A stretch of DNA of 63,006 nt, counting the filler, from Intoshia linei (lineage: Eukaryota; Animalia; Orthonectida), in NCBI GenBank assembly GCA_001642005.1. It is 5 parts of 5 records of this genome, joined end to end, with 100 filler letters (N's around TTAATTAATTAA, not from the genome) between each part and the next. Parts side by side here need not be neighbours in the genome. Positions count along the whole stretch, not along the records: positions 1 to 19,821 come from LWCA01000711.1; positions 19,922 to 39,860 come from LWCA01000708.1; 3 more parts are not named here. One strand, given 5' to 3'. Shown in pieces: positions 13,001 through 26,700 of this stretch. The position numbers and the translations under genes are program-made. Below the pieces are notes generated by a model that made no database searches, was not told the origin of the DNA, and saw nothing but the letters and a program-made list of their open reading frames with translations. Each line of letters begins with the position of its first letter. The stretch's first letter is position 1.

Positions 13001-16000
13001 GTCCTAAAATTTGAAAAAAAAATAACATCTGATACAGTTATCTCCAGTTAATACACTCAATAAATTTCAATCTGACAAAGTGACGCATTCACAGTCAAAA
13101 AAACACTTTAGTATTTATTTTTTATTTGGTAACTATTTTATCCCAATTGCAACAAAAAATTTCAAATAATTTAATTGAAACAATAATATTGGAAACATTC
13201 ACTTAAAAAATGTTTTTAAATGTGGTGAATCCTTTATTTATTAATAAAAAATATTTAATAATGAATTGAAGAAAAAACTATAGTATATATCAGTGTATTT
13301 ACCAAATGGGGCTTGGCCCCACCAGGGGGCCTACAGAGTCTGAGGGGGGTCGCAGATTTAAGAAAAATTTTAAAATTAAATTAGAATCGTTAATATTAAT
13401 TTGATTTATTTTTTGATATTAAATTAATATATTCTTGAAATTTGGATTAATTGTGAATTATAATAAATTTAAAAGTTATTAACCCTTATGTGACAATAAC
13501 ATGTATATAAACAAAAAAGAACAACCATAAATTTACAATTCTTTGTATACTAGACCCTAGTAACTAGGGGGTCCACTATATTAAATTATGATTATTAACG
13601 AAAATAAAACCAGTAATATTAAAATAAAACATTTTTTTAATCGCTGTTATAATAATATAATAAACATATTCACTATTTTGTACTAATTTATCTTCTCTAA
13701 AAATATTTTTATACTGTTAGGGGGGTCGAAAATATATTTTTTTGGGAACAACTGGTATATACAACATGTATTTTAAATTTTCTGGGATTCATTTCGGGTA
13801 TTTTTTATGACAATTTTTTAGAGTGTTAGTATAATTAGATTTTTTTTAAGAGCATATATTCATTGTCTAATAAATTAAAAAATCGGCCCTCCTCAGAGCT
13901 AGCTCCTGTTTGTACGAAGTACACAACAGTCAAACTAGTCAATATATGATAAAAACATCTACAAGTTATCGTAGTAACGTGTTCAGGATTAAAGCGAATT
14001 TTTTTAAGGGTATAGAATATTAAAATACCTTATATTCAATTTGTTGAGATTTGAGGTGTTTTAAGCGCTTATTTAGATCATTGTTTAATTTATCAAGTCT
14101 TTTAGTATATTTTTCTTCCATAACTTTAACATTTTGTTCAATTTCTTTGATGAGTACATCAAATTTTTCTTCGTCAATCTTGCCATTTCTATTATTAAAA
14201 TGTAAAATCAGGAATAATAATCATGATCCTTTTGAAATAAAAATTGTTCAGTCATTTTATTAATGATACACTGAAAATTTCAAAAATATTTTAAAGTAAT
14301 TTATATTATTTTATTTTATATATGATATTTTATTTAAACTCTCAAGAAAATTACCTGTTGATATAATTGTATTTTCAAACAGGGAAAAAATTTTTTATTC
14401 AAAATTACAATTACATATAATTTGGGTTGGCAATTTACCGAAACACTTTTATCGATTGCCAACCCTACATGTAATTGGCATGGAAAAAATTATGGATTTA
14501 ATTTTAATTAAAGATAAATTAAACAGTAAAATTAAAATAAAAATATACTCTTTCAAATTTTGAACAATTTCATATTCCTGTTGAACAATCAGCATTGATT
14601 TCTCACGACCAACTTGATTTTCCAAGTTCTAAGATAATGAAACTTAAAATTTACATTACTTTTTTTAAATTAAATCAATGCTCAAATTATCTAATTTGGA
14701 AACGAAAAATTAAATTTTTTCTTACGTGTTCTTTTATTATATTTTTTCTCTTTTGTAATCTTTCATTCAATAAAGCTTTTTGACGACACAATTCTTCGCC
14801 ATACACTTGATCTGCCACAGTTTGATTGTCAATAAATGTGTTTATGATATCATTGCCTTTTTGAACTAAATCTGGATTTTGAGAATTTTTGTTTTCTGAA
14901 ATTTCTTCATTCAATGTATCTACAAAATTTGTTTGCAATTTTTTAATTCCCATTTTCTTTTTAACGCTAGCCAGCTAAATTTTTTGATTTAATGATTTAC
15001 AAAAACGAAAATAATTAAAATAAAACTTTTCTTTGTTTTTCAATTTGTTCATCTGTTTCCAATTTGAATTTGTATTCCAAGTCATCTTTTTCTGTTTCTT
15101 GTTTCTTTTTCATCATATCCAAAATTTCTTGTTTTGACTAAATCATTATCACATTACAATCATTATATGTAGTTATCATTATCAATTAACAGGGGCACAT
15201 TTCATTGAGATTTGTGATCAATTTAAAGTTTACAAAATATCAACAAAGCTATTTAAAACCATTTTATAAAAAATTAATATAATTTAATTAATTAGTTATT
15301 AATTTTAGCGTTTTAGTAATATTTTCAGATCCATTTATTTTTATTTTTTTAATTTTTCCCATCAAAAAAAAATATTAAAGTTTTATAAAAATTGTCCAAT
15401 TTTCCTTTATCTCAATTGAATGATATCCCATGAAAATTTATCATCTTAATTGAAAATGTATATATCATTTAGATTCCACGTCAATGTATTATGTTGAAAT
15501 ACATTTTATAATTGTACCTTGTCATCCATATTATGTGTGCTTTTCAAGGTTTCTTGAATTTCAATTTTATGCTTATCATTCATTTCTTTTTGTTTTTTCT
15601 ATATTTTAACGTTTCTTAATTATTGATAATTTATTTAATTACATCTTTTTCGATTCTGGTTGAATCATAAATTTTTTTAAGTTCATTTTCAAATTTATTA
15701 TCTATGTCGTTTTGCAAAACCTGCACATTATTTTCCAGTTGTTTTGTATATTTTTTGTGGTCGCTATCCGACATTATACTGTTTCTTTTTAAACTTGCGG
15801 ATAACAGTAATGATGCTTCGATTGTGGCATTGTCTCGATCATTTTCGATGTCTTCTTCCACGTTTATAGTTTGTTGTATGTCGTTCCTAATTTTTATGAA
15901 AACTAGAATCCAATTTAAATTAAATTTACTCGTGTAAGATTCTTTCTTTCTTTTTATTTGTTTTTGTTGATAATACATCGTTAATATTACTTGTTGATCT

Positions 16001-18537
16001 AAATACAATGTAGTTTGATTGACATATTTATATTTTGAAAATTACTTTCTTCTTTTTGATTTTTTGCTTTTACAATAATTGCCTGACTGTAATAATAACA
16101 TTTAAAATAATTAATATTAGTATTTAATTAATACAGTATCGATTAATTATTTTTAAATTTTTACTATAAATTGTAAATATTTTTACTCAGGTTTCTTAAA
16201 CCATTATTAGTATATTATATGAAACTTTTACAAGTTTTTTCAGTGGTACATGATCCATACCATATTTTACCCGATACTGCATATACTTTGTATTAAAATA
16301 TACCTGCATTGTAGACTTGTTTAATAAATTTGCACACGGTGAAATGTAAATTAGCCAAAGTATTACAATAATTATTATCATCGAACATGGTATACACACA
16401 AAGAAAACAAAAATAGCTAACACGATCATATCATCATCTATTTGTGATATAGTCTAAATATAATATAAGTTTGTTAGAATTATACTTGTATTGTATATTA
16501 TGATATAGAATAAATATCATACAGCACAGTGGTTCCCGATTGAGGTCCAAAACTATAATAATAATAGCCTGGGGTCCGAAATTCAAATAAAATATAAAAA
16601 AATTTTATATACTTTTGTTTATTTTTATAGGAGAATTTTTAATATTTATTACAGACTTGTCACATGTTGGGAATTTATCCCTAAGCCTAAACGATATTTA
16701 CATTATTATTTAAAAAATCCCACTTTTATCAAACCATTAATAAGATTTAATAGAAAATATCATTTCAAACCGAAGAAATTTCCACTTAATCAATATCAAA
16801 TAAAAAATCGACTTTTACCGATATTTTATTGACAAATCAACTTTTTCCAATATTTTTTGAAAAACATGATTTTACCAAATCTTATGAGATAAAACTTTTA
16901 ATTTTTTAATAAATGCTTTATATTTCACGTTTCCTTGGGTACCAAAAAATAAATCTTTTGAGATGGGGTCCATAGTATAGACTCCATACATTATTTGAAT
17001 CTGGAACAATTCATAAAACAGGATATAAATTTTTTTTATTATTCTTATATAAACATTTTCCCATTAGGGCATTGATCACTGGCTCTCAAATTGGCAGAAT
17101 TTTTAATATTTTGATGGACAGTTAAAATTGTATAAATGTAAAAATCTCATCCCTTTCGTACTGTCACATCGCATCACCAAATTTAACAACCGTAAAATAA
17201 TGGTATTTTATAATAAAAATAATATAATAATCTTTATATTTTAAAAAATAAAAAAAATTAAAATGTAACTATAGAAAATATATTTTAGTTTTAGTTACAT
17301 TGAAATTGATACAAAAGGTAAATATTATACCTTGACTGGAACGGTGTCATTTTTAAAGCAAGTTCCAATAATTATTCCTTTCCGGTGTATGGGTGGCTAA
17401 TTTTAAGAGAATTATATATTCATTACATTTTGGTCATTCTCAACCTAATTTGTTTTAAGACCATATTTCAATTATCAAAAATTATTAATTAACAGTAACA
17501 GTAAATTAAAATTGACGCAAACAAATTTTTTTAAATTCGATACTAAAAAGTACGTGAGCCTGATTCATTTATGAATGAATTAATAACTTTTATACACAAA
17601 TTCTATATAAATTCACGCGGTACTAATATTAATATTGAAGAAATGTGACCGTTTTAAAATAGGTTGAGAACCCCTGATTTCCATAACTAGATTAATTCAT
17701 TTCGTGTATAGATAAATACAATTTAAATAGACAGTCAATGTCTAAATGTCTAAATATTTTTGTAACATTATGAATTCAAAGTCTCAATAAATTTTGTCTA
17801 AAATTAAAATTATCTAATCACTCAGATTTTCATAGTTAAAATAAATTTTTGATTATAAATTTTGGAATTTTTACATTTGACCAATATTACAAAAAATATT
17901 CTGTAAGGTTAAATATTAAATTTTTTCACAACAAATTTGTTTTATGTATTAGTGGGTCCTATCCAATTAAAAAAATTAATTTTGATTTTAATTAAAAAAT
18001 ATAGAAATTTGCGCGCGAAAACCTTAAAAAGGAAAAAAAGCTAAATGTTTTCACGGTAATTATTTCTAAAAATATATTTTCTAGTGGTTTTTAAGTACCC
18101 TCTTCAGCATGGTATAGGGTATTTTCAATAAAAATCATTTTTAGTAAAAAACGAACAGCCCTAATAGGCATATATTGAAAAATACTAAAATTTTGATACA
18201 ATAAATGAAGATTATAAGCAAAACCTGATACAGGTCGTCATAGAAGATCATAGAAAAATACATTTGAAAAAAAAAAAATCAGATTATGAAAATAAATAAA
18301 TTTTTTGTGGTATGCTCCTAATTATATAAAATGGGGATGGTATGCAAAAATAGTTTTTGAAATTTAAAAAAAACACTAAAATGACCACCCTAATATATAG
18401 ATCATATTTTAAATTTATGGAACTTACTGTCACTGTATCTGTCCAATATAATTTAGTTGCAGATGTTACAGTGTCATTTTTTATTCCAAATTTTTTTATA
18501 TCGCCAAAAAAAGTAACTTCAACGTTTTCGTTGAGTT
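7046..18537 (-). CDS. Single-pass membrane, long coiled-coil protein; EVC2/limbin-like (about 20 exons, start not resolved)
   Basis: Beta-rich N-terminal exon (about 18400-18537). TM segment MIVLAIFVFFVCIPCSMIIIIVILWLIY (16350-16429). Then DVLSTKTNKKKERILHENDIQQTINVEEDIENDRDNATIEASLLLSASL...VLQNDIDNKFENEL, resembling the EVC2 post-TM domain. Many E/K/Q-rich exons down to a terminal exon ending HELSV* at 7046. Confidence 0.55.
7303..7677. mobile_element. Foldback-like MITE with internal repeats of about 35 bp
   Basis: Long inverted arms cttaaatccaaccatttttactaaaa / ttttagtaaaaatggttggatttaag. Internal ttttaccaacc units switch orientation at the centre. Second copy at 31405-31920. Confidence 0.8.
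7940..8584. mobile_element. hAT-type MITE
   Basis: TIRs CAGGGAGGCCCAACC / GGTTGGGCACCCCTG; 8-bp TSD ATGTATAC. Confidence 0.9.
11885..13938 (+). mobile_element. Non-autonomous Helitron-like element (complete copy, intronic)
   Basis: Starts TCCTTACTTA and shares about 600 bp with 2213-2860. Contains a 51-bp tandem duplication (11949-12049). Ends with hairpin ctgtttgtac-gaa-gtacacaacag and CTAG|T. Confidence 0.7.
13291..13754. mobile_element. hAT-type MITE nested in the Helitron
   Basis: CAGTGTATTTACCAAA / TTTGGGAACAACTG termini; near-perfect TSD GTATATAT / GTATATAC. Confidence 0.7.
16527..17010 (+). mobile_element. hAT-like non-autonomous family copy
   Basis: CAGTGGTTCC terminus; homologous to 20010-20508, to 28895-29692 (inverted), and to fragments near 22820, 33750 and 51500. 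Confidence 0.65.
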
Positions 18538-19554
18538 CTAAATTGATATTTAAAATATCAAAATAAGTAAAATAAATTAACTTACATATGATACATGTAT
18601 AATATATGTATAATGTGACAAACAAGCAATTATCCTCTGATATAAAATGTACATGTAAATGTATGGGTATAATAATATGGTTTGGATAAATAAATAATTT
18701 AGATATTATTTACGTTAATAAAATTAGATAAGATATTGACTGATTCAAATCAAAAAAATACCGCAAAATTATATAATACTACATTTATTAATACATGTAT
18801 CCATATATAGTTACAGTCAGACTCGTCAATAATGAATGATTAAAGAATGATTTTAAGAAATATCTGAACAATGAAGTTTATTTCATCATAATATACGTAA
18901 TCAAGTTTAATTCGTCAATAATTAACGGCAAACTTCATGCGATAGACACATTCATTAATTATTTCGGAGATTTAATCAACAATACGAATTAAAGGGATAC
19001 CTTTTTAAAAATTGTAGATTTGTAAGAAAACAAATGTTTTAAAAAACGTGCATATCTATTATATCCGATAGACCAGTGATTCACACCGTAAATTTTTGTT
19101 GTATTATTACTATCTTAATGTCTCTTCTATCATTAGAGTAACATTTTCGAAACATTACAAAAAGTGTCTACATTTATTTACCTCATAAAATATTGTTTAA
19201 ACACCAAAACAAAATAATAATAACTATAATTTTCAAATTTTTTTTTTTGATATTATAGAATAAAATCAATTGTACATGATTTAGCTGAACACGATATATT
19301 TAAATATACAAATTTTTTCAATTTTTCTCCGCAAACGAAGCAGGAATTTAAGTTTTTGTATGAAAAAATTAAGAAAAACATGAAAATAAAGTTGAATTTA
19401 GCTATTTTTTGTTAATTAGTTAATTGAGCAACGCAACATCGTTACTGGACCAATTTCTGAATTAGTCATCGGATGGTTATTTTTTTTTAAAAAATACACC
19501 CCACCTAGCTACTCAGTCTTTCAAATTTTAAAATTTTTCAAAAAATGTGACACC

Positions 19555-19821
19555 CTAGTGTACAGGGGCATTGTCAAGTGTCAGAAGTATTTTTCTAATT
19601 TTCTCTTTCAGATTTAAATTAAATTTATGTAACCACCGCTCAAAAATATTTATGGACATCCAGGCCTTGGTATTATTTTTATAATCTAAATTCAATTTGT
19701 TGAAATTTATTTGATTAAATTTTCCGAGGTTTTTTGCTTTACCAATCAAAAGAATATCATATTTTTCACCGGTCATTGACACGCAAAACAATAACGTTAT
19801 TCTTTCTTTTGAAAATTTTCC
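19555..19821 (-). mobile_element. pogo/Tigger (DDE_1) transposase fragment
   Basis: KERITLLFCVSMTGEK..LLIGKAK...YKNNTKAWM...FERWL...ILLTLDNAPVH. Confidence 0.9.
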
Positions 19822-19921
19822 NNNNNNNNNNNNNNNNNNNNNNNNNNNNNNNNNNNNNNNNNNNNTTAATTAATTAANNNNNNNNNNNNNNNNNNNNNNN
19901 NNNNNNNNNNNNNNNNNNNNN
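19822..19921. other. Assembly gap with artificial TTAATTAATTAA linker
   Basis: N-run + TTAATTAATTAA + N-run, 100 bp, the same at four sites. Confidence 0.95.
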
Positions 19922-20742
19922 GCTTATATTCAAATTTTATTTAGTTGAAAATTTCACTGAAAATTTGTATTTCAGAGGTCTGCTTATAATTGAGAAAAGA
20001 TAGTAGATAACCGCTACATCATTATTTCAAAAACTCCACTTTTATCTTACAATTAATAAAATTTAATCAAAAATACCATTTCATGCCACCAGGGAAAAAT
20101 TGAATTTTAGCGATATTTTTTCAAAAAATCTGATTTTACGAAAAATAATGAAAAAATTCACTTAATCAAAACACAAAATAAAAAATAACCTTATATCAAC
20201 CCTTTTTTCAATATTTTTTTGAAAAACACGATTTTACCAAATGTTATGAAAAAAACCTCTTATTCCAAGTTTGAATTTCCAACCCCAAAATAAAACTACA
20301 ATATTATTTTGAAGAATCCGATTTTACTAAATCATATGAGCAACAACTTTCTAATCCAAAACTCAAAATAAAAAAATGAAATTTTACCAACCCTCAATAA
20401 AAAATCCTCTTTTTCATCCATTTTTTATATTTCATGTTTCCCTTGGGGTCCAAAAAAATGAAAAATTTGAAATGAAGCTCCGTACATTGTTTGAACCTGG
20501 AACCACTGCATTAAAACAATAAAAAAATGAAAATATTTTAATTTTTACTCCATTAAACTTATATTTGAAGGTAATTTCATTTTATGTAATTAATAATCAA
20601 CCATTATTATCATTATTAATCAAGAAGAATAATAAAATGTAAAATAAATAAAATGTTTTACGTAAATAAAGCTCTTATTTGAACCGAAAGTTTTAGTATA
20701 ATTATGATGCTAGCCATTTTAATTTAAAATTTAACGGAATTT

Positions 20743-23700
20743 TTAAATAATAACCAATAATTCATATTGAGCCAAAATGATGGAAAACTTTGCTTGGGAT
20801 TTCATTGATTGATATAATTGAACCAGTAATGTGTAGATTGTCTTGATACGTTCAATAAATTGTAAACCCTTTTCTCGAATTTTTCCAACAGCTTTTTCGA
20901 ATAAGGTCGATATTCTATTTTTTAATATATATTTCAAGATTAAATAATATAATCATAAAATAATAATAAATTACAATAATACTAAATTAGCATTGTTAAT
21001 AATCAAATATACGCTACCAGTCGTTTATAGCTTCATCTTTATTATTAATTAACAAATTTTATTTTATTCTCAGAAAAAAAATATAAAATTTCATCTCTAA
21101 GATCTAATCTCCATTTAAACATTTTATAAGCAGAAACCCATTAAAATTAAATTGTTTAAGTTTAGAATTTTAGGTTTATTTATAAAAATGTCAAATTTCA
21201 AATGCACCCAGTTTCAGAACCACTGGTTAGAATATAAATTAAATCTATTAATAACCTTGGATTAATTTAAAATATTTTACATTTTTTCGAAATTTAGAAT
21301 ATAGTCATCTTGACCAAAACCCTGAGAAATAAGAATTCGAAAATGATTAAACATGTTATATTCCAGCTAAATTAAAAATATCAGTTTATTTTACAGACAT
21401 TATTTAAAAATTATTACTTCCTCAAAATTTCCTTTGAATGCATTGCTTTCTGGAACAATTCGAGAAAATTCTTCATTCATCAAGTCAAATATAATGGGAA
21501 TAACTGCACTTCTTACATCTTGGGATTTTTAATCAATTTACAAGTATAAATACCTTGAACCGGAATCATACTCACTTTTATGACCAAGTATAATATATCT
21601 TTGATCAATTCTTTCCTATGGGTTCCGATACTATTCCATATATTTCGTATTTTGTACGCTATCGATATTCGATAATCATCGTATCTAAAAATTAATAGAA
21701 TTAATTAATTGTAATTTTTTGACAAATTAATTGGTGTACCAATAATTATTATTAATAATTATTAATTAATAATTATTAAAATATTATTGACATGATATGC
21801 TAAGTTATATAATATGGTACGCGATTTTTGTTTGTGTGTGTGTCTGTCTGTGTGTTCAGCTTTATTTAAATAACTACCCGTCTTAGAATTTTATAAAGTC
21901 CATATTTCAATTAGTTTTTTCCGGTGGTGTTCGCAAACTTAATTTCAACTTCCCAAACTCACATCTTATGGGTCAAAAACCCCAGTTGTCCCTCTTTTTG
22001 AAAATCAAACGAGTTGGAGAATTTAAAAAGTATATACGCTAATACGGATTTTAAAATCATAAAACTTATCATAAATTTAAATTTAAAAGAATATTTTCAT
22101 GGGCAAAACCCCAAATTAGCCAAAAATAATGAATTAAATTTTATCATTTTTAAATTCGTTTTACTCTCAATATTATTAACTCAATCAAAATTATTTGTTT
22201 ACAATAGTACTTAAAAAATATTTGATTAGAAGCATTTAAAATATTTTGACCCAGTTCATATAAATTCATGTCTTTTTTTGAAATTATATAATTTTTTTAA
22301 AAATAACGAAAAGTTTGTCCGTGAACTGTGTCTAAAATTACGATTTTTTATTGATGTTTTGTAATTAATATGATTAGTGTCACATGATCTATGTTATATC
22401 TTAAAATAATACAAAATGCATGGGAACTACGATTTTTTTACTATGAAAAATGTTAGACAAACAGAAAAAGGCTTTTTTGGGACGAAAATATAAAAATTAA
22501 TATCATTCTGCAGCAAATTAAATGAAGATTACTATCTATATATATTTTTTCTAAATTTCAAAAAAAATTATAGAAAGTCTAAATTAGAATAGCTCTATTG
22601 TACAATGTATTTTACATGGTTGTAATTATAATTAATATAATTATAATTATAGTGATGTATGATTTTTACCTCGACATAATTCTCAAAGATTTAGATTCTG
22701 GTAGTAAATGTAGTTGAATGGAGTGTTGTGTTGCAAATTCGAGTGCACATGTAAAAAATAATTTCCACATCTAAATTTCGTAAAAGACAAAAATCTTATC
22801 AATAAATTAGCTAGAGTCTAGCCTAGACGACTGTTATATTATTATTTCAAAAATCCCACCATTAATAAAATTTAATAAAAAATACAATTTCAAATTCTCA
22901 GGGAAAAATCGACGTTTACTCATCATTATCATATTACTTTTAATCGAATTTTTTTAGTGAGAATCCAAAAATCTATTTCAATCTCTCAAATTGGCCTCTT
23001 TCTTTTGATATTAATAAACCTTTAGCCATCAAGTGACTTTTTAAGGGGTCAGTGAAAATTTATTGTTGATTTAGGGGTTGGTGGAGTTTTAAGTTTAAGA
23101 ACCCCAGTTAAAACAACGTTTAAAAATTTTCTTAAAAAATGACACTTTTCCTTAATAAAACCCTTTTTTTTAAAATAAACTAAAAAAATCATCATAAACC
23201 TTATTTAAAGTTTTTTTAAATGTTACACTAAAACTGTTTAAAAAGAATTTTAATAAAATTGCTTAAAAATTACACAGAACCTTATTTTAAATTTTTTTAA
23301 AACGACCCTAAAATCATTTAATCAATTTGAAAATTTCCTAAATCGTGATTAAAATTTTGCGTAAATTATTAAACATTTTAAAATTAAAAAATGATAATAA
23401 TTACCGATGGTATTCCATATTGTTTTGTTAACATTACGTCACTAATACAGACCATTGAATCAAAAATAATACTAAAAATTATTTTTTTTAAATTTTTTTT
23501 GAATAACCTGTTCTGAATCATATGCAATTCATGAATTCTATCACTAAACAAATTTTTTGTTATTGTTAAATGAAAAATGCTCAAAATATTCAAGAAAAAT
23601 TCATGAACATTGTCCTGAGTATTTTTCACGTACAATAAATAACTTCTTTCACTCATTAATCGGAGTATAGTCAATAGAACAACATACATGTTTACCTAAA

Positions 23701-26700
23701 TAGTAAAATAAAATACATTACATAAAACTACATAGACATCTTCAACCGATACGCGATACCGCGGTACCGTTGGATAATTAAAAAAAATTCATTTCAGATA
23801 ATGCCAAGAGGTAAACTACAAATAAGTTTGAAATAATTAATAAATAATTACCTTTGTAACATCATGTACACTATTTAAAAGAAACATTGTTATATTGACC
23901 ATTTTACCAAGATGTTTATACAGCAATCTGTAAAATAGCGGAGATAAATTAGTCTAAATATTTAAATAAAATAGAAATTAAATACACACCAAAAATCTTT
24001 CCTCGTATCGATCAATAACATCACTTAAAAGCCGAATTGAAATTTCAAATGTCGATCTATATTTCCCGTCGATATCGGCACTAATTTTTTCGTTCAATTC
24101 AGACATGGAAGAAATGCTCAATTCAAACGCTAAAAGAATCCAACCTTCGACATCTTCATATTTATGAAACAATGGTGATTCCAAAATTGTTTCAAGAGAA
24201 ATCATTATCTGTAAATTATATTCACACATGTTTAGTACTGGAACAAGCAAATTAAAGAACCACTCTCTAAAAATTAATTTGAATCAATCATCTAAAAATC
24301 ATACGAAATGTATTCTGCATCGAAAAGAAGCGCCAAATCTTTTATTGTTTCCGGAATGTATCTCAGAATTGTCATCTTAATATAGAAATTTTATGCTATT
24401 TTTATAAATTTTACTTTATAAACGTTTTTATCGTGTTTGTCTTCCATTATATTTTTTACAATGTTAAAAAAATCTGACATTAATTTTATAAGATATTTAA
24501 AATCCATATCTTCTTCGTGTAAATCAAGATTCTTTTTTGAAGATATAATCAATCTCAATAAATATCTCATACACTTTCCAGTTTTTAACATTGAATTAAA
24601 TTCTCCACGTGCAAATTCGTTCTAAATTTTTAATTTGATAATATTCCGAACATTCTGAAAAAGGTTGTATTTTTTTAGAAATTAAGAAATTTACAGATTT
24701 TTATTTTATACGTCCCTATTGTTAGTCATTTTTATAAATTTTTAGTTATTCCAGAGATATTAAGGAGATAGAAAAATATTAAAGAGTAGTTAAACTTTAA
24801 AATGCGGTTACATCCAAGTTAGTTTTACCAAATATTTATCTTTCAAGACATTATTTTAGAAAATATTAAAAGTGGTTTTTTATAAAAGTTTAATTTTCTA
24901 AGAAAAAAATTAAAATATATTTTATCGTACATTTTTAATATACCTTAAAAAATGTTTTTACCAAAATTTATTAAAAAAATTTAAAATAGGTGTATAAGGG
25001 AATTTTTTTAGAAAAGATAAAATGTGGTTTAAAAAAATTTAAGAGGACTTTAAAAGTTTTTTAATTTTCTAATAAAAAATTTCAAATATATTTTATGGTA
25101 CATTTTTAATATACCTTAAAAAGTACTTTACCAATCTTTATTAAGAAAATTTAAAACAGGAAATGGAAAGATTCATATCAAAATTTTTTAGATAATCTAA
25201 AATGTAGTTTAAAGGAATTAATTTAATTAGGTAAAAAGCGAATTTACAATTAATAAATTAATTTTTGATAAAATGACGCAAATCATATTTGAGTGGATGG
25301 GAATTGGTTCTTTATTTTTCTTAAAAAATATAAAAAGTAGATCAATCTTTAAAATTTTTTTTGGCAATTTTTTTAAAAAGATCTTCAAACGAGATTTCAT
25401 TGGAATTTAATTAATTTTTAAAATAAATTGATCTTTTAAAAAATAAGGATAGGGTTTAAGGAGATTCTTCCTTAAATTTATTAGTACTTTTTATTAGTAT
25501 TTTATTGTAATTTTTTATATTAAATTTTAAAACATTAAAAATGGTTTAGATAATTATAATTCAGAATCTATAATTCTTAAAAGAATGCATACATCCCAAG
25601 GGTGAAAAATCAATTTTTCTTTAAATTTAAGACTTTTCTTTTTTTTAGAAAATACTAAAATCTGTTTTAGAGTATTTTTTCCATGTAATTTAAAACAGGG
25701 TTTAATGAGGATTTTTTGTGATAATATAAAAAAGGTTTAAGTGGATTATTTGAAAAATATTCTTAGAAAATTAAATGCGGATTAAAGGGTATCATCGAAT
25801 AATTTTTGAACTAAATTATAAAAAGGAATACCAATATAATATTCAGAACCGAACCTACCATCTTCTAGGTCCCTAAAATCTATGATTATGTATTTACTGT
25901 ATTCAAAGTTACGGTTATAAAGGGTTTATGATAATTTAGTTGGAAATAATAACTAATTTGAGAGTTCATTTTGGGTAAAAATATTTATTTTAGTAAAATA
26001 TTGTGAATTCATATATACCTTAATAGCTGTTAATAATGAAAAGTGTATATTTTTCAAGTAAAATTCTTCGTCAATATACGTTTCTATAAGGGATCTAGCA
26101 TTCTTGTTTTGTATTTCAATCATTGATAAAATAACTCCGAGTATAGAATGAAATATTTTTTGCAAAATGTCGGCTGGAAGATTGTATGATGATATTAACC
26201 GCAATAAGCAATCCATCAACACTTTAAAATGCTAAAATGAAAATTTATCAAACATTTTTCATATTATACATTAATATATAATGTATATATAATATTATAT
26301 ATATTATTATTATTACTTTTATTTTATCATCAGAATTAATAGATTCAATACTATTTAAAATTTCAATTATTTCGACAGTTTTTGCATTATTTAATTTAAT
26401 TGAGCCTTGGAAAACGATAATCAAATGTTCTAAAAATATTTGCATGATACATACAACACCGTACTGTTATTAGTCAACACTGTTGATGAGTTTGTGATGG
26501 ATATGCATACAACATCTGAGCTTGGAGATAAATAATTTTGTCTTAAAATTAATTTTTGTGCATCGGAAAAAGTTGTTTTGATACTTGTGGAAATTGGAGG
26601 GGCGAAAATTTTCAAATTTTTCATTGCTTCGATTGGTATATTTACCAAATTTTTTTTACTTTCATGCTAAATTTTTTTCGTATTTATTAGACTTACATTA

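Noticed and set aside
18284-20937. DOCK gene continuing across the gap into the 7-18 kb exons
   Set aside because: The downstream exons show a TM helix and coiled coil with no DHR-2 motifs, and the gap is an artificial join.
9231-24625. Short plus-strand F/S/L-rich ORFs (9231, 14051, 15704, 18357, 24437)
   Set aside because: Antisense shadows of minus-strand exons.
24640-25800. Long low-complexity AT-rich tract with a degenerate duplication of about 175 bp
   Set aside because: Intronic decayed repeat with no termini or coding signal that I can support.
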